The notes: generated by a model from the letters alone, not told the origin. A stretch of DNA of 64,000 nt from an uncultured Gammaproteobacteria bacterium (GCA_963741255.1 CAVUHM010000005.1:32750-96749); one strand, 5' to 3'; positions 29,271 to 41,582 are shown, counted from the stretch's first letter. Translations and numbers: made by a program.

Positions 29271-30629
29271 TCAAAAGGCCGTCGTGACGGCCGCGTAGAA
29301 GTAGCGCGGTGAGCCCAGGAACGCATTGCCGGCGGTCTGTTCCGGAAATCGGCCCGAGTCGACCAACGCGAAGCCGGTCTCCACGCTGAGCCGGTCCGGG
29401 ATCGCGGCAAACGTGAACGACGCTTCGATCTGGTGCCCGAGCGACTGGCCGGCGAGGCCGGTCGTATCGCGCCAGCCGGAGCCGACCCAGGCGTCGCGGG
29501 CCGCGGCGAGCCGAAAGTCGCGAAAGGCGGCCATGCCGCGCCAGCGCGGAGCGGGGTTGTAGGTCACCCGAACACCTACGCTCTCGAGATTGCTGCGCGG
29601 ATAGAGGCCGTAGATACCCGTCGGCGAGAAGTCGAAACGCCGCTCGCCGAATAACGGGTTGAACCGCTCGGTGCGCGTGTCCGCGGGGTCCGCGTCGCCG
29701 CTCGCTCGGTCGTACTGCAGCAGCACGTTCGGTGCCCACTGCACGTCGAACGAATAGCCGATCTCCGCGTGCGCGTAGTAGGCGTCGTGATCGAGCCCGA
29801 TGCCGGCCACGGCCGCCGACGTGCCGCGCTGAGTGCCGCCCTCGACCTCGTAATTCCACCCGCTGCGCGCGACCGGCCTGAAAACCCGCAGCGCGTAGGT
29901 TTGAAAATCGACTGGCCCGAGCATTTCGCCGGTGCCGTGCGGCGCCTCGAGATCGAGCGCCGTCAGCTCGACCTGCGTTCGGCCGGGCAGCGGCGCCGAC
30001 AGGTAGTAGGCGCCCCAGAAGGCCGCGTCGCGCGCGCCGCGGTCGAATTCCTGATCGTTGTCGAGCATCTCGTCGCGCGTCGCGGGCAGGATCCGCATCG
30101 GCACGACATAGAACGCGCGCGCGCGCATCCCGTTCGCGCCGCGCCACTCCCAGTCCGCACCCGCGAAGGATTGGATCGCCTGACGGAAGCCGCTTCGAGC
30201 GACCAACCGGCGTTTGCCGACATCGATCGTCATGCGACCCGCGCGCAGCGAGCTTTGGCCTACGCTTTCTGGGACGCCGGCGAATCGCCACGACAGATAG
30301 GTTTGCAGTGGCTCGAGCGTGTTCACGACGCCGCTCGTGACCGAGTCTTCGTCGTTGAGCTCGCCGCGCGCATCCAGGATCTCGCCCACGAAGGACAGTC
30401 TCCGCCACTCGGCCGTAAGCGCGAGGCTCGTCTGAATCGCGAGCACGGTGTCGCTGCCGCCCAAACCGGCCCTGAATTGCGGCGCCAGGCGCTCGTAGCG
30501 CGTGCGATTGCTGCCGGAGAGCTCGATCGTGGGCTTTAGACCAGAGTCGTCCGCGGCTCCGGCGCGCGATGCGAGCAGCGTGGCGAGCACGAACGCTAGG
30601 CGGCTGGCGATTGCGGTGGCGGTCGACAT
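29271..30629 (-). CDS. Outer-membrane beta-barrel, alginate-export (AlgE-like) family
   Basis: Intact 452-aa ORF with a signal peptide. N-terminal pattern LSGSNRTRYERL and C-terminal ...AAVTTAF. Confidence 0.7.
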   Translation of the reverse strand: MSTATAIASRLAFVLATLLASRAGAADDSGLKPTIELSGSNRTRYERLAPQFRAGLGGSDTVLAIQTSLALTAEWRRLSFVGEILDARGELNDEDSVTSGVVNTLEPLQTYLSWRFAGVPESVGQSSLRAGRMTIDVGKRRLVARSGFRQAIQSFAGADWEWRGANGMRARAFYVVPMRILPATRDEMLDNDQEFDRGARDAAFWGAYYLSAPLPGRTQVELTALDLEAPHGTGEMLGPVDFQTYALRVFRPVARSGWNYEVEGGTQRGTSAAVAGIGLDHDAYYAHAEIGYSFDVQWAPNVLLQYDRASGDADPADTRTERFNPLFGERRFDFSPTGIYGLYPRSNLESVGVRVTYNPAPRWRGMAAFRDFRLAAARDAWVGSGWRDTTGLAGQSLGHQIEASFTFAAIPDRLSVETGFALVDSGRFPEQTAGNAFLGSPRYFYAAVTTAF

Positions 30630-30711
30630 CGGGGGCGCGTAGCTAACCAGGTCTGGCGGTGTGCGGCAAGTCGGTTGCGCGCCGACATACGGCCTGTGCG
30701 ATCATCGCCGC

Positions 30712-32517
30712 ATGCCGTCCCCCTATTCGATCGAGCGCGCGCGCGCGCTGTTGCGCGACGTGTTCGGCTATGCGGAGTTCCGCGGCCAGCAGGAGGCGAT
30801 CATCGCCGCCGCGCTCGCGGGCTCGGACTCGTTGGTATTGATGCCGACCGGCGGCGGCAAGTCGCTGTGCTACCAGCTGCCGGCGTTGGTGCTCGACGGC
30901 GTCGGCATCGTCGTGTCGCCGTTGATCGCGTTGATGGAAGACCAGGTCGGCGCGCTGCGTGAGGCCGGAGTCGCGGCCGCGTTCTTGAACTCGACGTTGA
31001 GCCGGGCCGAGCAGAACGCGGTCATTCGGCGCCTGCGCCACGGAGAGCTGAAGCTCTTGTACATGGCGCCCGAGCGCCTGCTCCAAGAGGACACGCGGTC
31101 GCTGCTTTACGACGTCACGGTCTCGATCGTCGCGATCGACGAGGCGCATTGCGTATCGCAGTGGGGCCACGACTTCCGTGCCGAGTATCTCGGCCTGAAC
31201 GTGCTCAAGGAGTGGTTGCCGGGGGTGCCGCGCATGGCGTTGACGGCGACTGCGACGCCGCCGACGCGCAGCGAGATCGTCGCGCGGCTCGAGCTCGATT
31301 CGCCGCGGGTGTTCGTGAGCAGCTTCGATCGGCCGAACATCCGCTATTTCGTGCAGCCGAAAACCGACGCGCGCCGCCAGCTCGCCGCGTTCTTGCAGTC
31401 GCATCGCGGCGAGTCCGGCATCGTCTATTGCTTGTCGCGCGACAAGACCGAGAGCACGGCCGAGTGGTTGACCGAGCAGGGGTTTGCGGCCCTGCCGTAC
31501 CACGCAGGGTTACCGGCCGACACGCGTGCAGCGCATCAGCGGCGCTTCCTCGCGGAGGACGGGCTGATCATCGTCGCGACGATCGCGTTCGGCATGGGCA
31601 TCGACAAGCCGGACGTGCGTTTCGTTGCGCACCTCGACCTGCCGAAGAGCATCGAGTCGTATTACCAGGAGACGGGTCGCGCCGGCCGCGACGGCGAGCC
31701 GGCGGACGCGTGGATGGTGTACGGGCTACAAGACGTCGTGCAGCTGTCGCAGTTTGTCGCAGCGTCCGATGCCGACGAGCAGCACAAACGCCGCGAGCGC
31801 GCGAAGCTCGACGCGCTGCTCGGCTGGTGCGAGCTCACCGAGTGTCGCCGCCGGCCGCTGCTCGCGTACTTCGGCGAGCACAGCGCCACGGACTGCGGCA
31901 ACTGTGACAACTGTCTGTCGCCTCCCGCGACGTGGGACGGCACCGAGGCCGCGCGCAAGCTGTTGTCGGCGGTGTATCGCACCGGCCAACGATTCGGCGC
32001 GGGGCACGTGATCGACGTGCTGCTCGGGAACGTCACCGAGAAGGTGCAGCGGCATCGTCACGAGCAGCTATCCGTGTTCGGCATCGGCACGGAGCTTGCG
32101 GCGCCGGCATGGCGCTCGCTGCTGCGGCAGCTGATTGCGCAGGGCCATGTGGATGTGAATCACGAGGGTTTTGGCGCGCTGACGCTTGCGGGTGCGAGCC
32201 GCGCGCTGCTGCGTGGCGAGACGACGCTGCGCGTGCGGGAGGACACCAAGGCTCCGGCATCGCGCAAGAAGTCGCGGAGCCCGCAACAGGACGTGGCGCC
32301 TGAAGATCAGAATTTGTGGGAAGCGCTGCGAGAGTGTCGGCGACGGCTGGCGGCTGAGCACAACGTGCCGCCGTACGTGATCTTTCACGACGCTACGCTG
32401 CGGCAGATGCTCGCCGAGCGGCCGGCCGACCGCGACGGGCTGCTCGGCATCAGCGGCGTCGGGCAAGCGAAGCTCGAACGCTACGGGGAGCGGTTTCTCG
32501 AGGTGCTGCGCACCTGA
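30712..32517 (+). CDS. recQ: ATP-dependent DNA helicase RecQ
   Basis: [31 protein letters not shown], with [16 protein letters not shown], a DEAH box ([15 protein letters not shown]), a zinc-finger region [12 protein letters not shown]...CGNCDNC and a C-terminal HRDC domain. Intact. Confidence 0.95.
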   Translation: MPSPYSIERARALLRDVFGYAEFRGQQEAIIAAALAGSDSLVLMPTGGGKSLCYQLPALVLDGVGIVVSPLIALMEDQVGALREAGVAAAFLNSTLSRAEQNAVIRRLRHGELKLLYMAPERLLQEDTRSLLYDVTVSIVAIDEAHCVSQWGHDFRAEYLGLNVLKEWLPGVPRMALTATATPPTRSEIVARLELDSPRVFVSSFDRPNIRYFVQPKTDARRQLAAFLQSHRGESGIVYCLSRDKTESTAEWLTEQGFAALPYHAGLPADTRAAHQRRFLAEDGLIIVATIAFGMGIDKPDVRFVAHLDLPKSIESYYQETGRAGRDGEPADAWMVYGLQDVVQLSQFVAASDADEQHKRRERAKLDALLGWCELTECRRRPLLAYFGEHSATDCGNCDNCLSPPATWDGTEAARKLLSAVYRTGQRFGAGHVIDVLLGNVTEKVQRHRHEQLSVFGIGTELAAPAWRSLLRQLIAQGHVDVNHEGFGALTLAGASRALLRGETTLRVREDTKAPASRKKSRSPQQDVAPEDQNLWEALRECRRRLAAEHNVPPYVIFHDATLRQMLAERPADRDGLLGISGVGQAKLERYGERFLEVLRT

Positions 32518-32591
32518 CCGGCGATGCCGTGCTAGCGGTGCGGTTGCGGCCGCGTTACGCTCAGCGCACTCCGCAACCCTAAGGCACCACC

Positions 32592-32963
32592 GTGGATCCG
32601 TCGGTCAACGTGTTCGGCGAAAGTCTGCAAGACTGCAACGACAAGCCCAAGACGGGCTTCTTTCGCGACGGCTGCTGCAATACGAGCGACCAGGACGTCG
32701 GCTCGCACACCGTGTGCGTCGAGGTCACGAAGGACTTTCTCGAGTTCTCGCGGTTCCGCGGCAACGATCTCACGACGCCGCACCCCGAGTTTCAGTTCCC
32801 GGGCTTGAAGCCCGGCGATCGCTGGTGCCTGTGCGCGGCGCGATGGCTCGAAGCGCACCAATCCGGTATGGCGCCGCGCGTCCTGCTGAGGGGCACGCAC
32901 TCGCGCGCGCTCGAAATCGTGCCGCTGGAGCTGCTGAAGAAATTCGCCGTCGACCTGAACTGA
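32592..32963 (+). CDS. DUF2237 family protein
   Basis: Intact 123-aa ORF with the GFFRDGCCNT...GSHTVC...PGLKPGDRWCLCAARW signature. Confidence 0.85.
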   Translation: MDPSVNVFGESLQDCNDKPKTGFFRDGCCNTSDQDVGSHTVCVEVTKDFLEFSRFRGNDLTTPHPEFQFPGLKPGDRWCLCAARWLEAHQSGMAPRVLLRGTHSRALEIVPLELLKKFAVDLN

Positions 32964-32970
32964 CGCAGAG

Positions 32971-33534
32971 CTAGAAGAGCTCTGCCAGCGAGATCTCGCC
33001 GAGTCCCTCGGGGAGCGGTAGCGCGCCGGACGCGATCTCGACGCGCTCAGAGTACTGCGTGCCGCGAGGCTTGCGGTGTCGCCAGACGCGACTGGCGACC
33101 AAGTCGACGACCCAGTATTCGGCAACTCCATGCGTGGCATAGAGGTGTGCTTTCACGTCGAGGTCGTAACGCAACGTCGAATCGCTGACTTCGATCAGGA
33201 GCACGACGTCGTCCGCAGATGGGTGCGACCGTCGATAGCCGGCGGCCTTGAGCCTGAGGACCGCGAGATCGGGTTGGGGCTCCGAACGCGTCGACAAGCG
33301 GACGGGCAACTGGACGCTGATCACACCCGAGTCTCCAACGGCGCGCACCAGTCGTTGGGTGAGCAGCCTGACGACGTCCGCTTGCGTGCTGCCTATCGGC
33401 GCCATGTCGATGATCTCTCCCTCGATCAGCTCCGTGCGATCGTCGGGTGAGAGCACGCCGGTCTCGGCCATGCGGTAGTAGTCGTCGACCGTGAGTCGAT
33501 GCGGCTTCGGCCAGGTTTCTGTTTGGGCGCTCAT
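32971..33534 (-). CDS. Uma2 family (DUF820) PD-(D/E)XK endonuclease-like protein
   Basis: Internal ATG of ORF 32971-33663. MSAQTETWPKPHRLTVDDYYRMAETGVL...ELIEGEIIDMAPIG...PDLAV...LLIEVSDSTLRYDLDVKAHLYATHGVAEYWVVD. Confidence 0.85.
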   Translation of the reverse strand: MSAQTETWPKPHRLTVDDYYRMAETGVLSPDDRTELIEGEIIDMAPIGSTQADVVRLLTQRLVRAVGDSGVISVQLPVRLSTRSEPQPDLAVLRLKAAGYRRSHPSADDVVLLIEVSDSTLRYDLDVKAHLYATHGVAEYWVVDLVASRVWRHRKPRGTQYSERVEIASGALPLPEGLGEISLAELF

Positions 33535-33806
33535 GATGCGTCGTATTGCGGTTGTCCAACGATAGCGCGCATCGAATCGAAAACGAAGGCGCCACCCGAT
33601 TCGCTGCAATGAGAACACTGGCGCCGGGGATGAGCGAGCCGCCAATCTCGAAGAAGCCGCCATTTATCCGTAGTATCCGTTCCGGCGGTTGATTGTTCTG
33701 CTGCAATGGGGGGAGTCGTGCAACACGCTATTCGAGAACAGCGGCGGCTGTGCGTCGCGTGGGCCAGCCTCGCGGCAAGTGCATCGCGCACGCGCAGGGC
33801 GCGCGC

Positions 33807-35634
33807 ATGGTCGAGTGGCCGGTGTACGGCGGCAGTCTCGCGGCCCAGCACTACTCGCCGCTCGATCAGATCAACGCGCAGAACGTCAAGGACCTGAAGG
33901 TCGCGTGGCGCTGGTACGCCGGCAACTTCGGTCCGAACCCGGAAATGAAGAGCGAGACGACGCCGATCATGATCGGCGGCGTGCTGTACGCGACCGCGGG
34001 CGCGACGCGCAACGTCGTCGCGATCGACGCCGGCAGCGGCGAGACGCTGTGGATCTGGCGCCCGAGCGACGGCGACCGGTTCCGCACGGCCCCGCGCCGC
34101 ACGTCGGGGCGCGGCGTCGCGTACTGGAACGATGGTGATCAAGATCGGCGCATCTTCACGGTGACGCCGGGCTTCTATCTGTGGGCGCTGGACGCGGAGA
34201 CCGGTCTGCCGAAGCGCGAATTCGGCGAAGCCGGAACCGTGGATCTGCGCATTGGGTTGCGCGGCCCCGATGGACAACGTCGAGGCCGGCTCGTCGTCGC
34301 CGCCGCTCGTCGTCGGCGACGTGGTCGTCGTCGGCCCGGCCGGTGGAGTCGGCGCGCGGCCGAACGCGAAGACGCAGGTGAAGCTCGACGTGCGCGGGTT
34401 CGATGCGCGCACCGGCAAGCTGCTCTGGACGTTCCACACGATTCCGGAGAAGGGCGAGGTCGGCTACGACACCTGGCTCACGCCGGGCTCGGCCGAGTAC
34501 ACGGGCAACGGCGGCGCGTGGGGCCCGCTCGCGGCGGATCCCGAGCTTGGGCTCGTGTATCTGCCCGTCGAGGGCGCCACGAGCGACATGTACGGCGGCG
34601 AGCGTCACGGCAACAACTTGTTCTCGTGCAGCCTCGTCGCGCTCGACGTGAAGACGGGCGAGCGCGTCTGGCACCGGCAGCTCGTCCATCACGACATCTG
34701 GGACTACGACAATCCGACCGCGCCGATCCTGCTCGACGTGAACGTGAACGGCCGGCCCGTGAAAGCCGTCGTGCAGCTCACGAAGCAGGCGTTCGCGTAC
34801 GCGTTCGATCGCGCGACCGGCGAGCCGCTGTGGCCGCTCGAGGAACGCCCGGTGCCGAAGTCCGACGTGCCTTTCGAGTGGACGGCGCCGACGCAGCCGT
34901 TCCCGACGAAGCCGGCCGCGTACGATCGCCAAGGCGTCGACGAGGACGATCTCGTCGACTTCACGCCCGCGATCAAGGCCGCGGCGCTCGAGTCCGTGAA
35001 GACCTTACGCATGGGGCCGATGTACACGCCGCCGTCGCTGATCGAAGCGCCGGACGGCACGCGCGGCACGCTCGTGCTGCCGCATTACGGCGGCGGTGCG
35101 AACTGGGAAGGCGGCGCGGCCGATCCCGAGACCGGCATGCTGTACGTCGGCTCGCAGACCAGCCTCACGGTGTTCGCCGTGAATCCGGCAGGAGATCGAT
35201 CCGACATTCGTTACCTGTTCGTGAACGGCGAGGCCCCGCGGCCGATGGGTCTACCGCTCGTGAAGCCGCCGTACGGGCGCATCACGGCGATCGACATGAA
35301 TAGTGGCGACCACCGCTGGATGGCCGTGAACGGCGACACGCCCGACGAGATCAAGAACAACCCCGCGCTCGCGGGCGTGACGATTCCGCCGACCGGCAAG
35401 GCCAGCCGCGCGACGTTGCTCGTGACGAAGACGCTGCTGTTCGCGGGCGAGGGGTATGGCGGGGCGCCGGTGTTTCGCGCCTACGACAAGGCGACGGGCG
35501 CGGTCATCGCAGAGCTGCCCTTGCCCGGTGCGGCCAGCAGCAAGCCGATGACGTACCTATTGGACGGTAAGCAGTACATCGTGCTCGCGGTCGGCCGCGA
35601 TACGCCGGCCGAGCTGGTCGCGTTTGCGCTGTAA
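33807..35634 (+). pseudogene. PQQ-dependent dehydrogenase (glucose/quinate-like soluble type), +1 frameshift near 34255 and possibly another in the signal region
   Basis: MVEWPVYGGSLAAQHYSPLDQINAQNVKDLKVAWRW (ORF 33693-35303) continues in ORF 34252-35634 (GFDARTGKLLWTFHTIPEKGEVGYDTW ... HHDIWDYD). A signal-like stretch (CVAWASLAASA) in ORF 33706-33897 suggests the true start is upstream, near 33706-33718. Confidence 0.85.
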
Positions 35635-35678
35635 TACGTGCGCCGCGCGGCACGTAGTGCTATTTGGGGATCGAGCGG

Positions 35679-36680
<1,002 letters not shown>

Positions 36681-36684
<4 letters not shown>

Positions 36685-38025
36685 GCAAGGTTTGGCTCAT
36701 CGCGGTCCGCGAGTTCGTCGCGACGGTGTTCACGAAGGCATTCATCATCGGGTTGCTGATCTTTCCGACCATACTGGGCGATCATGGCCGTGGTCGGGCC
36801 GCGCTTGTTCGGCGACATCGCGACTTCTCGGTCAAGGGGCAGCTTGCGGTGATCGATCCCACCGGCGTCGTGCTTCCGCAGGTGCAAGGCCGCGTTGACG
36901 GAAGGCCGCTCCGGTGCGAACGTCTCGGAGCTCGTCGAGCGTGCGCGTGCCGGCGGCGCCGAGGACGCCGCCGCGAGCGTGTTGCAGTCGCTCACCGATC
37001 TGACGCTCGTCGAGCGACCGCCCGACGCGGACGTCGAGCGCGAGAAAGCATGGCTGAACGTCGACAGAGCCCGGTGCGCCGCATCTCGCGCTCGTCGTCG
37101 TGCACACCGACGCCGTCGAGCCCAAAGCCGGCGAGTCGAAGCTCGGCAGCTACGATCTGTACATTCCGTCCGGTCAGGACAACCGCGTCGAGATCGCCGT
37201 GCAGGGAGCGCTGCGCGAGGCGATCATCGGCGCGCGCATGGGCGCGCGCGGGCTCGATCGCGACGCGGTTTCAGGTCTCGTCACGGTCGCGCGAGTGCGC
37301 TCGGTTTCCGTCAGCGCGGAAGGCGAGCGCGGCACCGTGGGCGGCTTCAACTTCGTCGTGCCGGTCGCGTTCATGTTCCTGCTGTTCATGGGCGTCATGG
37401 GCGCCGGCCAGGGCATGTTGACGACGACGATCGAGGAAAAGTCGAGCCGCGTGATCGAGGTGCTGCTGTCGGCCGTGTCGCCGATGCAGCTGATGGGCGG
37501 CAAGCTGATCGGCCACATGGGCATCAGCCTGATCGCGATGAGCCTGTATATCGCCCTCGGCCTCGTCGACGCTCGCGTCGTTCTCGCTGTTCGGCCTGCT
37601 CGACCTGTCGCTGCTGCTCTATTTGTTCATCTTCTTCTTGATCGCGTTCTTCACGATCGGCTCGCTGATGATGGCGGCCGGTGCCGCGGTCAACGACATG
37701 CGCGAGGCGCAGCAGTTCATGATGCCGCTGTCGATCTTCTTGATGCTGCCGTGGATCCTGTGGATGCCGATCTCGCGCGAATCCGGATTCGATGCTTGCG
37801 GTGATCTCGAGCTTCGTGCCGCCGCTGAACACGTTCGCCATGTTGCTGCGGCTCGCCTCGACGAGCCCGCCGCCGGCGTGGCAAGTGTGGCTGTCGATCG
37901 CGATCGGCGTCGCAGGCGTGGTCGCGACCGTGTGGTTCTCCGCGAAGGTATTCCAGATCGGCCTCCTGATGTTCGGCAAGCCGCCGGACTTCAAGACGCT
38001 CTGGAAGTGGGTACGCGCGGCCTAG
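36681..38025 (+). pseudogene. ABC-2 type transporter permease (NatB-like), at least four +1 frameshifts
   Basis: Consecutive pieces lie in ORFs 36681-37421, 36895-37641, 37100-37804, 37623-38168 and 37792-38025. TM-rich segments include FNFVVPVAFMFLLFMGVMGAGQGMLTTTIEEKSSRVIEVLLSAVSPMQLMGGKLIGH. Confidence 0.7.
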
Positions 38026-38680
38026 ATGCACGTCGTCATGTTCGACATCGACGGCACGCTCGTCGATTCGGCCGGGTTCGATGGCGAGCTGTACGCGGCG
38101 GCCGTGCGCGAGGTGACCGGCGTACAGCTCGATCAGCAGTGGGGTCGCTACGAGCACGTCAGCGATAGCGGCATCCTCGAGCAGGTGCTTCGCGAAACAC
38201 GGTTCGACAGCGACCGCGCGGCGCTCGCGGCGCGCGTGCAGCAGCATTTCGTCGGGCTCGGTGCGTAACTATTTGGAGGCTCAGCCGAAGACCGTCCGCG
38301 AGATTGCGGGCGCGAAACACCTCGTAGAGCGATTGCGCGGGCTGCCGGATGTTCGCGTCGCGATCGCGACCGGCGGTTGGGAGCCGACGGCTCGGATGAA
38401 GCTTACGCACGTCGGCATCGACGTGGGCGCGCTCGGCTTCGCGAGCAGCTCGGACGCGCGCGCGCGGACGGAGATCATGCAATTGGCGGCGCAACGCGCA
38501 CTACGCGGAGCGACGCCGTCGCGAGCCACCTATTTCGGCGACGGGCCGTGGGACCAACACGCGAGCCGCGAGCTCGGCTACGACTTCGTCGCAATCGGCC
38601 GCGGCGTCAGCCATCCCGTGGCGTTCGACGACTTCAGCGATTCCGACGCGATCCTCGACCGACTACACTTGCACGCATGA
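38026..38680 (+). pseudogene. HAD-superfamily hydrolase, one +1 frameshift near 38255
   Basis: Motif I MFDIDGTLVDS is in ORF 38026-38268. The rest is in ORF 38261-38680 (VAIATGGW...YFGDGPWD). Confidence 0.75.
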
Positions 38681-39698
38681 ATCGATACGCATGGACGGCG
38701 GCGCTCGGCGCCGCTTCGATCGCAGGCCCCGGCGCGCAGGCCCATCACAGCGTGTCTGCGTGGTTCGACACGACGGTCGAGATGGCGGAGGTCGAAGGCG
38801 TCGTGACGGAGCTCCGCTGGCAGAACCCGCACGTGATTTTCACGCTGCGCGTCGATGACGCGGACTGGAGCATCGAGACGCTGTCCACGAGCGGCATCAG
38901 CCGTTGGGGCATCACGCGCGATCTGATTGCCGTCGGCGATCGGCTGCGCGTCGCGGGCAATCCCGCGCGCCGCGAAGCGAATAGCCTGTTCGTGCGGAAT
39001 ATCCTGCTGCCTAACGGCCGCGAGATCGTGCTCGGCGGCGAATGCTCGTTGGTCCGGCGACACGCTGCGCGGCAGCGAGTTGCTCCAGGCGCGCGAGGGA
39101 GATGCGTCGCGGCCCGACCTCGGCCTGTTCCGGACCTGGAGCACCGGCGGCGTCAACGGCGTGCTGTTCCCGGAGGCCGTGCAGGCGAACTTCGATTTCA
39201 GCCGCTATCCGTTGACCCCCGCGGCGCGCGCCACGCTCGAGTCGTTCGACTTCGCGAGCGACGACCCGACCGAACAACTGCACGCCGAAAGGCATGCCGA
39301 CGATCATGGAGCAGCCGTATCCGATGGAGATCGTGGATCGCGGCGCCACGATCGAGCTCCTGATCGAGGAATACGACACGCGCCGTATCGTGAACATGCG
39401 GCCGACGGGGGTGTCGACACCGGGGCCGCTCGGGGTGTCCGTGGGGCGCTGGGAAGGTGCGACGCTCGTCGTCGTGACGACGCGCTCGACCTGGGGGCAT
39501 TTCGACAGCGTCGGTATTCCGCTATCGATCGACGCGGTGATGGTCGAGCACTTCACGCCGAGCGCCGACGGTGCGCGACTCGATTACAGGCTGAGCGTGA
39601 CGGACGCTTCGACGTTCATATCCGCAGTCGAGCTGACAAAAAGCTGGATCTGGCGCCCCGAGGTCACGCGCGGCGCGTACGAGTGCCGCCCCGCCTGA
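38677..39698 (+). pseudogene. Exported protein with a DUF6152-like N-terminal domain and a long C-terminal extension; two +1 frameshifts
   Basis: MNRYAWTAALGAASIAGPGAQAHHSVSAWFD...VTELRWQNPHVIF resembles the protein at 62313-62699. The path runs through ORFs 38377-39363, 38927-39703 and 39294-39698. The start overlaps the HAD stop (ATGA). Confidence 0.6.
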
Positions 39699-39701
39699 AG
39701 T

Positions 39702-39775
39702 AGGTGCCGGTGTTACGGTTCGGCTCAACCGAAGTGCCGGTGTTTCGGTTCAACCGAACCGTAACACCGGCACCT
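39702..39775. repeat. REP/REPIN-like nested palindromic element, copy 3 (74 bp)
   Basis: AGGTGCCGGTGTTACGGTTCGGCTCAACCGAAGTGCCGGTGTTTCGGTTCAACCGAACCGTAACACCGGCACCT, preceded by GT to give a GTAGG head. It fills the gap between the convergent stop codons at 39696-39698 and 39778-39780. Confidence 0.9.
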
Positions 39776-39777
39776 CG

Positions 39778-40206
39778 TCAGGGTTTGGCGTCGGCGACGA
39801 GGCCGGCTTGCTCGATGCCGTGAATGCAGACGGCTTCATCCTCTTCGCCCGTGCCGCCGCTAGCGCCGGCCGCGCCCAAGATCGCGCCGCTCGCGTCGCG
39901 GATCAACACGCCGCCGATCTGCGGCAAGAACTTGCCGCCGGCCGTCGCGGCCAGCGTGATGAAGAAGTTCGGGTTGTCCTTCGCGCGGCCGGCGAGCGCG
40001 CGGCTCGATGCTCCCATGCCGACAGCGGCCCACGCTTTACCGGTCGCGACGTCGTAGCGGAACATGCTGGCGCCGTCCTCGCGCTGCATTGCCTTCAAGT
40101 GGCCGGCCTCGTCCAGCACGACCACGGTCACGGGCTTGATCTTCATCGCGCGCGCCTTCTCGAGGGCCTTCGCGACGATTTGGTTGGCTTGGGCGAGGGT
40201 CAGCAT
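39778..40206 (-). CDS. GlcG/HbpS-like heme-binding protein (DUF336)
   Basis: Internal ATG of ORF 39778-40245. MLTLAQANQIVAKALEKARAMKIKPVTVVVLDEAGHLKA...GGVLIRDASGAILGAAGASGGTGEEDEA. Confidence 0.85.
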   Translation of the reverse strand: MLTLAQANQIVAKALEKARAMKIKPVTVVVLDEAGHLKAMQREDGASMFRYDVATGKAWAAVGMGASSRALAGRAKDNPNFFITLAATAGGKFLPQIGGVLIRDASGAILGAAGASGGTGEEDEAVCIHGIEQAGLVADAKP

Positions 40207-40358
40207 CTCTAAGTCCTCCGGCAATGAGCTCAAGGCCCGCAGCATAACGGCGGTTTCGGCGTTGGCAAGGCGGGGTGATAGTGGCGCACCCCGAGCGCGG
40301 TCTAGTAATGTGGCCGCTCCGAGCGCTCGCGCCGGAAGTAAGGAGACCCGATCCGATC

Positions 40359-41189
40359 ATGAGCACGCCGTGCATCATTACCGTCGCCATTACAGGCTCG
40401 GTGCCTACGAAAAAAGACAGCCCGGCGGTGCCGATCACGGTCGCGGAGCAGATCGAGTCGACGCATGCTTCTTATGAAGCCGGGGCCGCGCTCGTGCACG
40501 TACACGTGCGCAACGACGATGGCACTACGACTTCCGATCCCGACAAGTTCGGCCGGTTTCTCGACGGCATTCGACAGCACTGCCCGGACATGATCGTGCA
40601 GTTCTCGACCGGCGGGCGCAGTGGCCTGGGCAAGGAGCGCGGTGGGATGCTGCACCTTAAGCCCGAGATGGCGTCGCTGACGACTGGCTCCGTGAACTTC
40701 GCGAAGATCATCTACGAAAACCACCCGACGCTGATCCATGATCTCGCGACCGGCATGCTCGCGAACGACATCAAAGCGGAGGTCGAGATCTTCGATCTCG
40801 CGATGCTCTACAACGCCGCGAAGCTCGTTGCGGATGGCTTGTTGAAGGCGCCCGCCCACGTGCAGTTCGTGCTCGGCATTCCGGGCGCGCTGCCGGCGGA
40901 CCGGCAGGTGCTCGAGTTCGAGATCGCGCAGCTCGAACGGATGCTGCCGGGCGCCACGTGGACGGCGGCCGGCATCGGCCGGCATCAGTTGACCGTGAAC
41001 GAATGGGCGCTCGAGCTCGGCGGGCATTGCCGTACGGGTCTCGAGGACAACGTGCGGTTCGACAAGGATCGGCTCGCGGTCAGCAACGCCGAGCTCGTGC
41101 AGCGCGTCGCAGGTCTGACGCGCAAGTTTGGGCGCACGGTAGCGACGCCGGCCGAAGCGCGCCGAATTCTCGGTTTGCGAGCGGCGTAG
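40359..41189 (+). CDS. 3-keto-5-aminohexanoate cleavage enzyme family (BKACE/DUF849)
   Basis: Internal ATG of ORF 40275-41189. MSTPCIITVAITGSVPTKKDSPAVPITVAEQIESTHASYEAGAALVHVHVRNDDG. Confidence 0.9.
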   Translation: MSTPCIITVAITGSVPTKKDSPAVPITVAEQIESTHASYEAGAALVHVHVRNDDGTTTSDPDKFGRFLDGIRQHCPDMIVQFSTGGRSGLGKERGGMLHLKPEMASLTTGSVNFAKIIYENHPTLIHDLATGMLANDIKAEVEIFDLAMLYNAAKLVADGLLKAPAHVQFVLGIPGALPADRQVLEFEIAQLERMLPGATWTAAGIGRHQLTVNEWALELGGHCRTGLEDNVRFDKDRLAVSNAELVQRVAGLTRKFGRTVATPAEARRILGLRAA

Positions 41190-41201
41190 GGGAGTGCTTC
41201 G

Positions 41202-41582
41202 ATGGAGCTCGTTTACCTGACGATCCTTGCGGCGTTGGTCGAGTACTGCGTCATGGCCGCGCTCGTGGGCCGCGCGCGTGCGAAGTACGGCATCGCCGCG
41301 CCGGCAATGACCGGGAACCCGGTCTTCGAGCGCGTGAATCGCGTTCACGTCAACACGCTCGAGAACCTGATCATCTTCGTGCCGGCTGTGTGGATCTTCG
41401 GGCAGTACACGAGCGCGACGTGGGCCGCCGTGCTCGGCGCGTTGTTCGTGATCGGACGCGCTATCTACGCGATCGGCTACATCAGCGCGGCCGAGAAGCG
41501 CAGCATCGGCGCCGGCATCAGCGGCATCGTGAACTTGGTCCTGATCGCGGGCGCTTTGGTCGGCGTAATCCGCACGCTATAG
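41202..41582 (+). CDS. MAPEG family membrane protein
   Basis: Intact 126-aa ORF with four hydrophobic segments and the RVHVNTLENL motif typical of MAPEG. Confidence 0.7.
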   Translation: MELVYLTILAALVEYCVMAALVGRARAKYGIAAPAMTGNPVFERVNRVHVNTLENLIIFVPAVWIFGQYTSATWAAVLGALFVIGRAIYAIGYISAAEKRSIGAGISGIVNLVLIAGALVGVIRTL

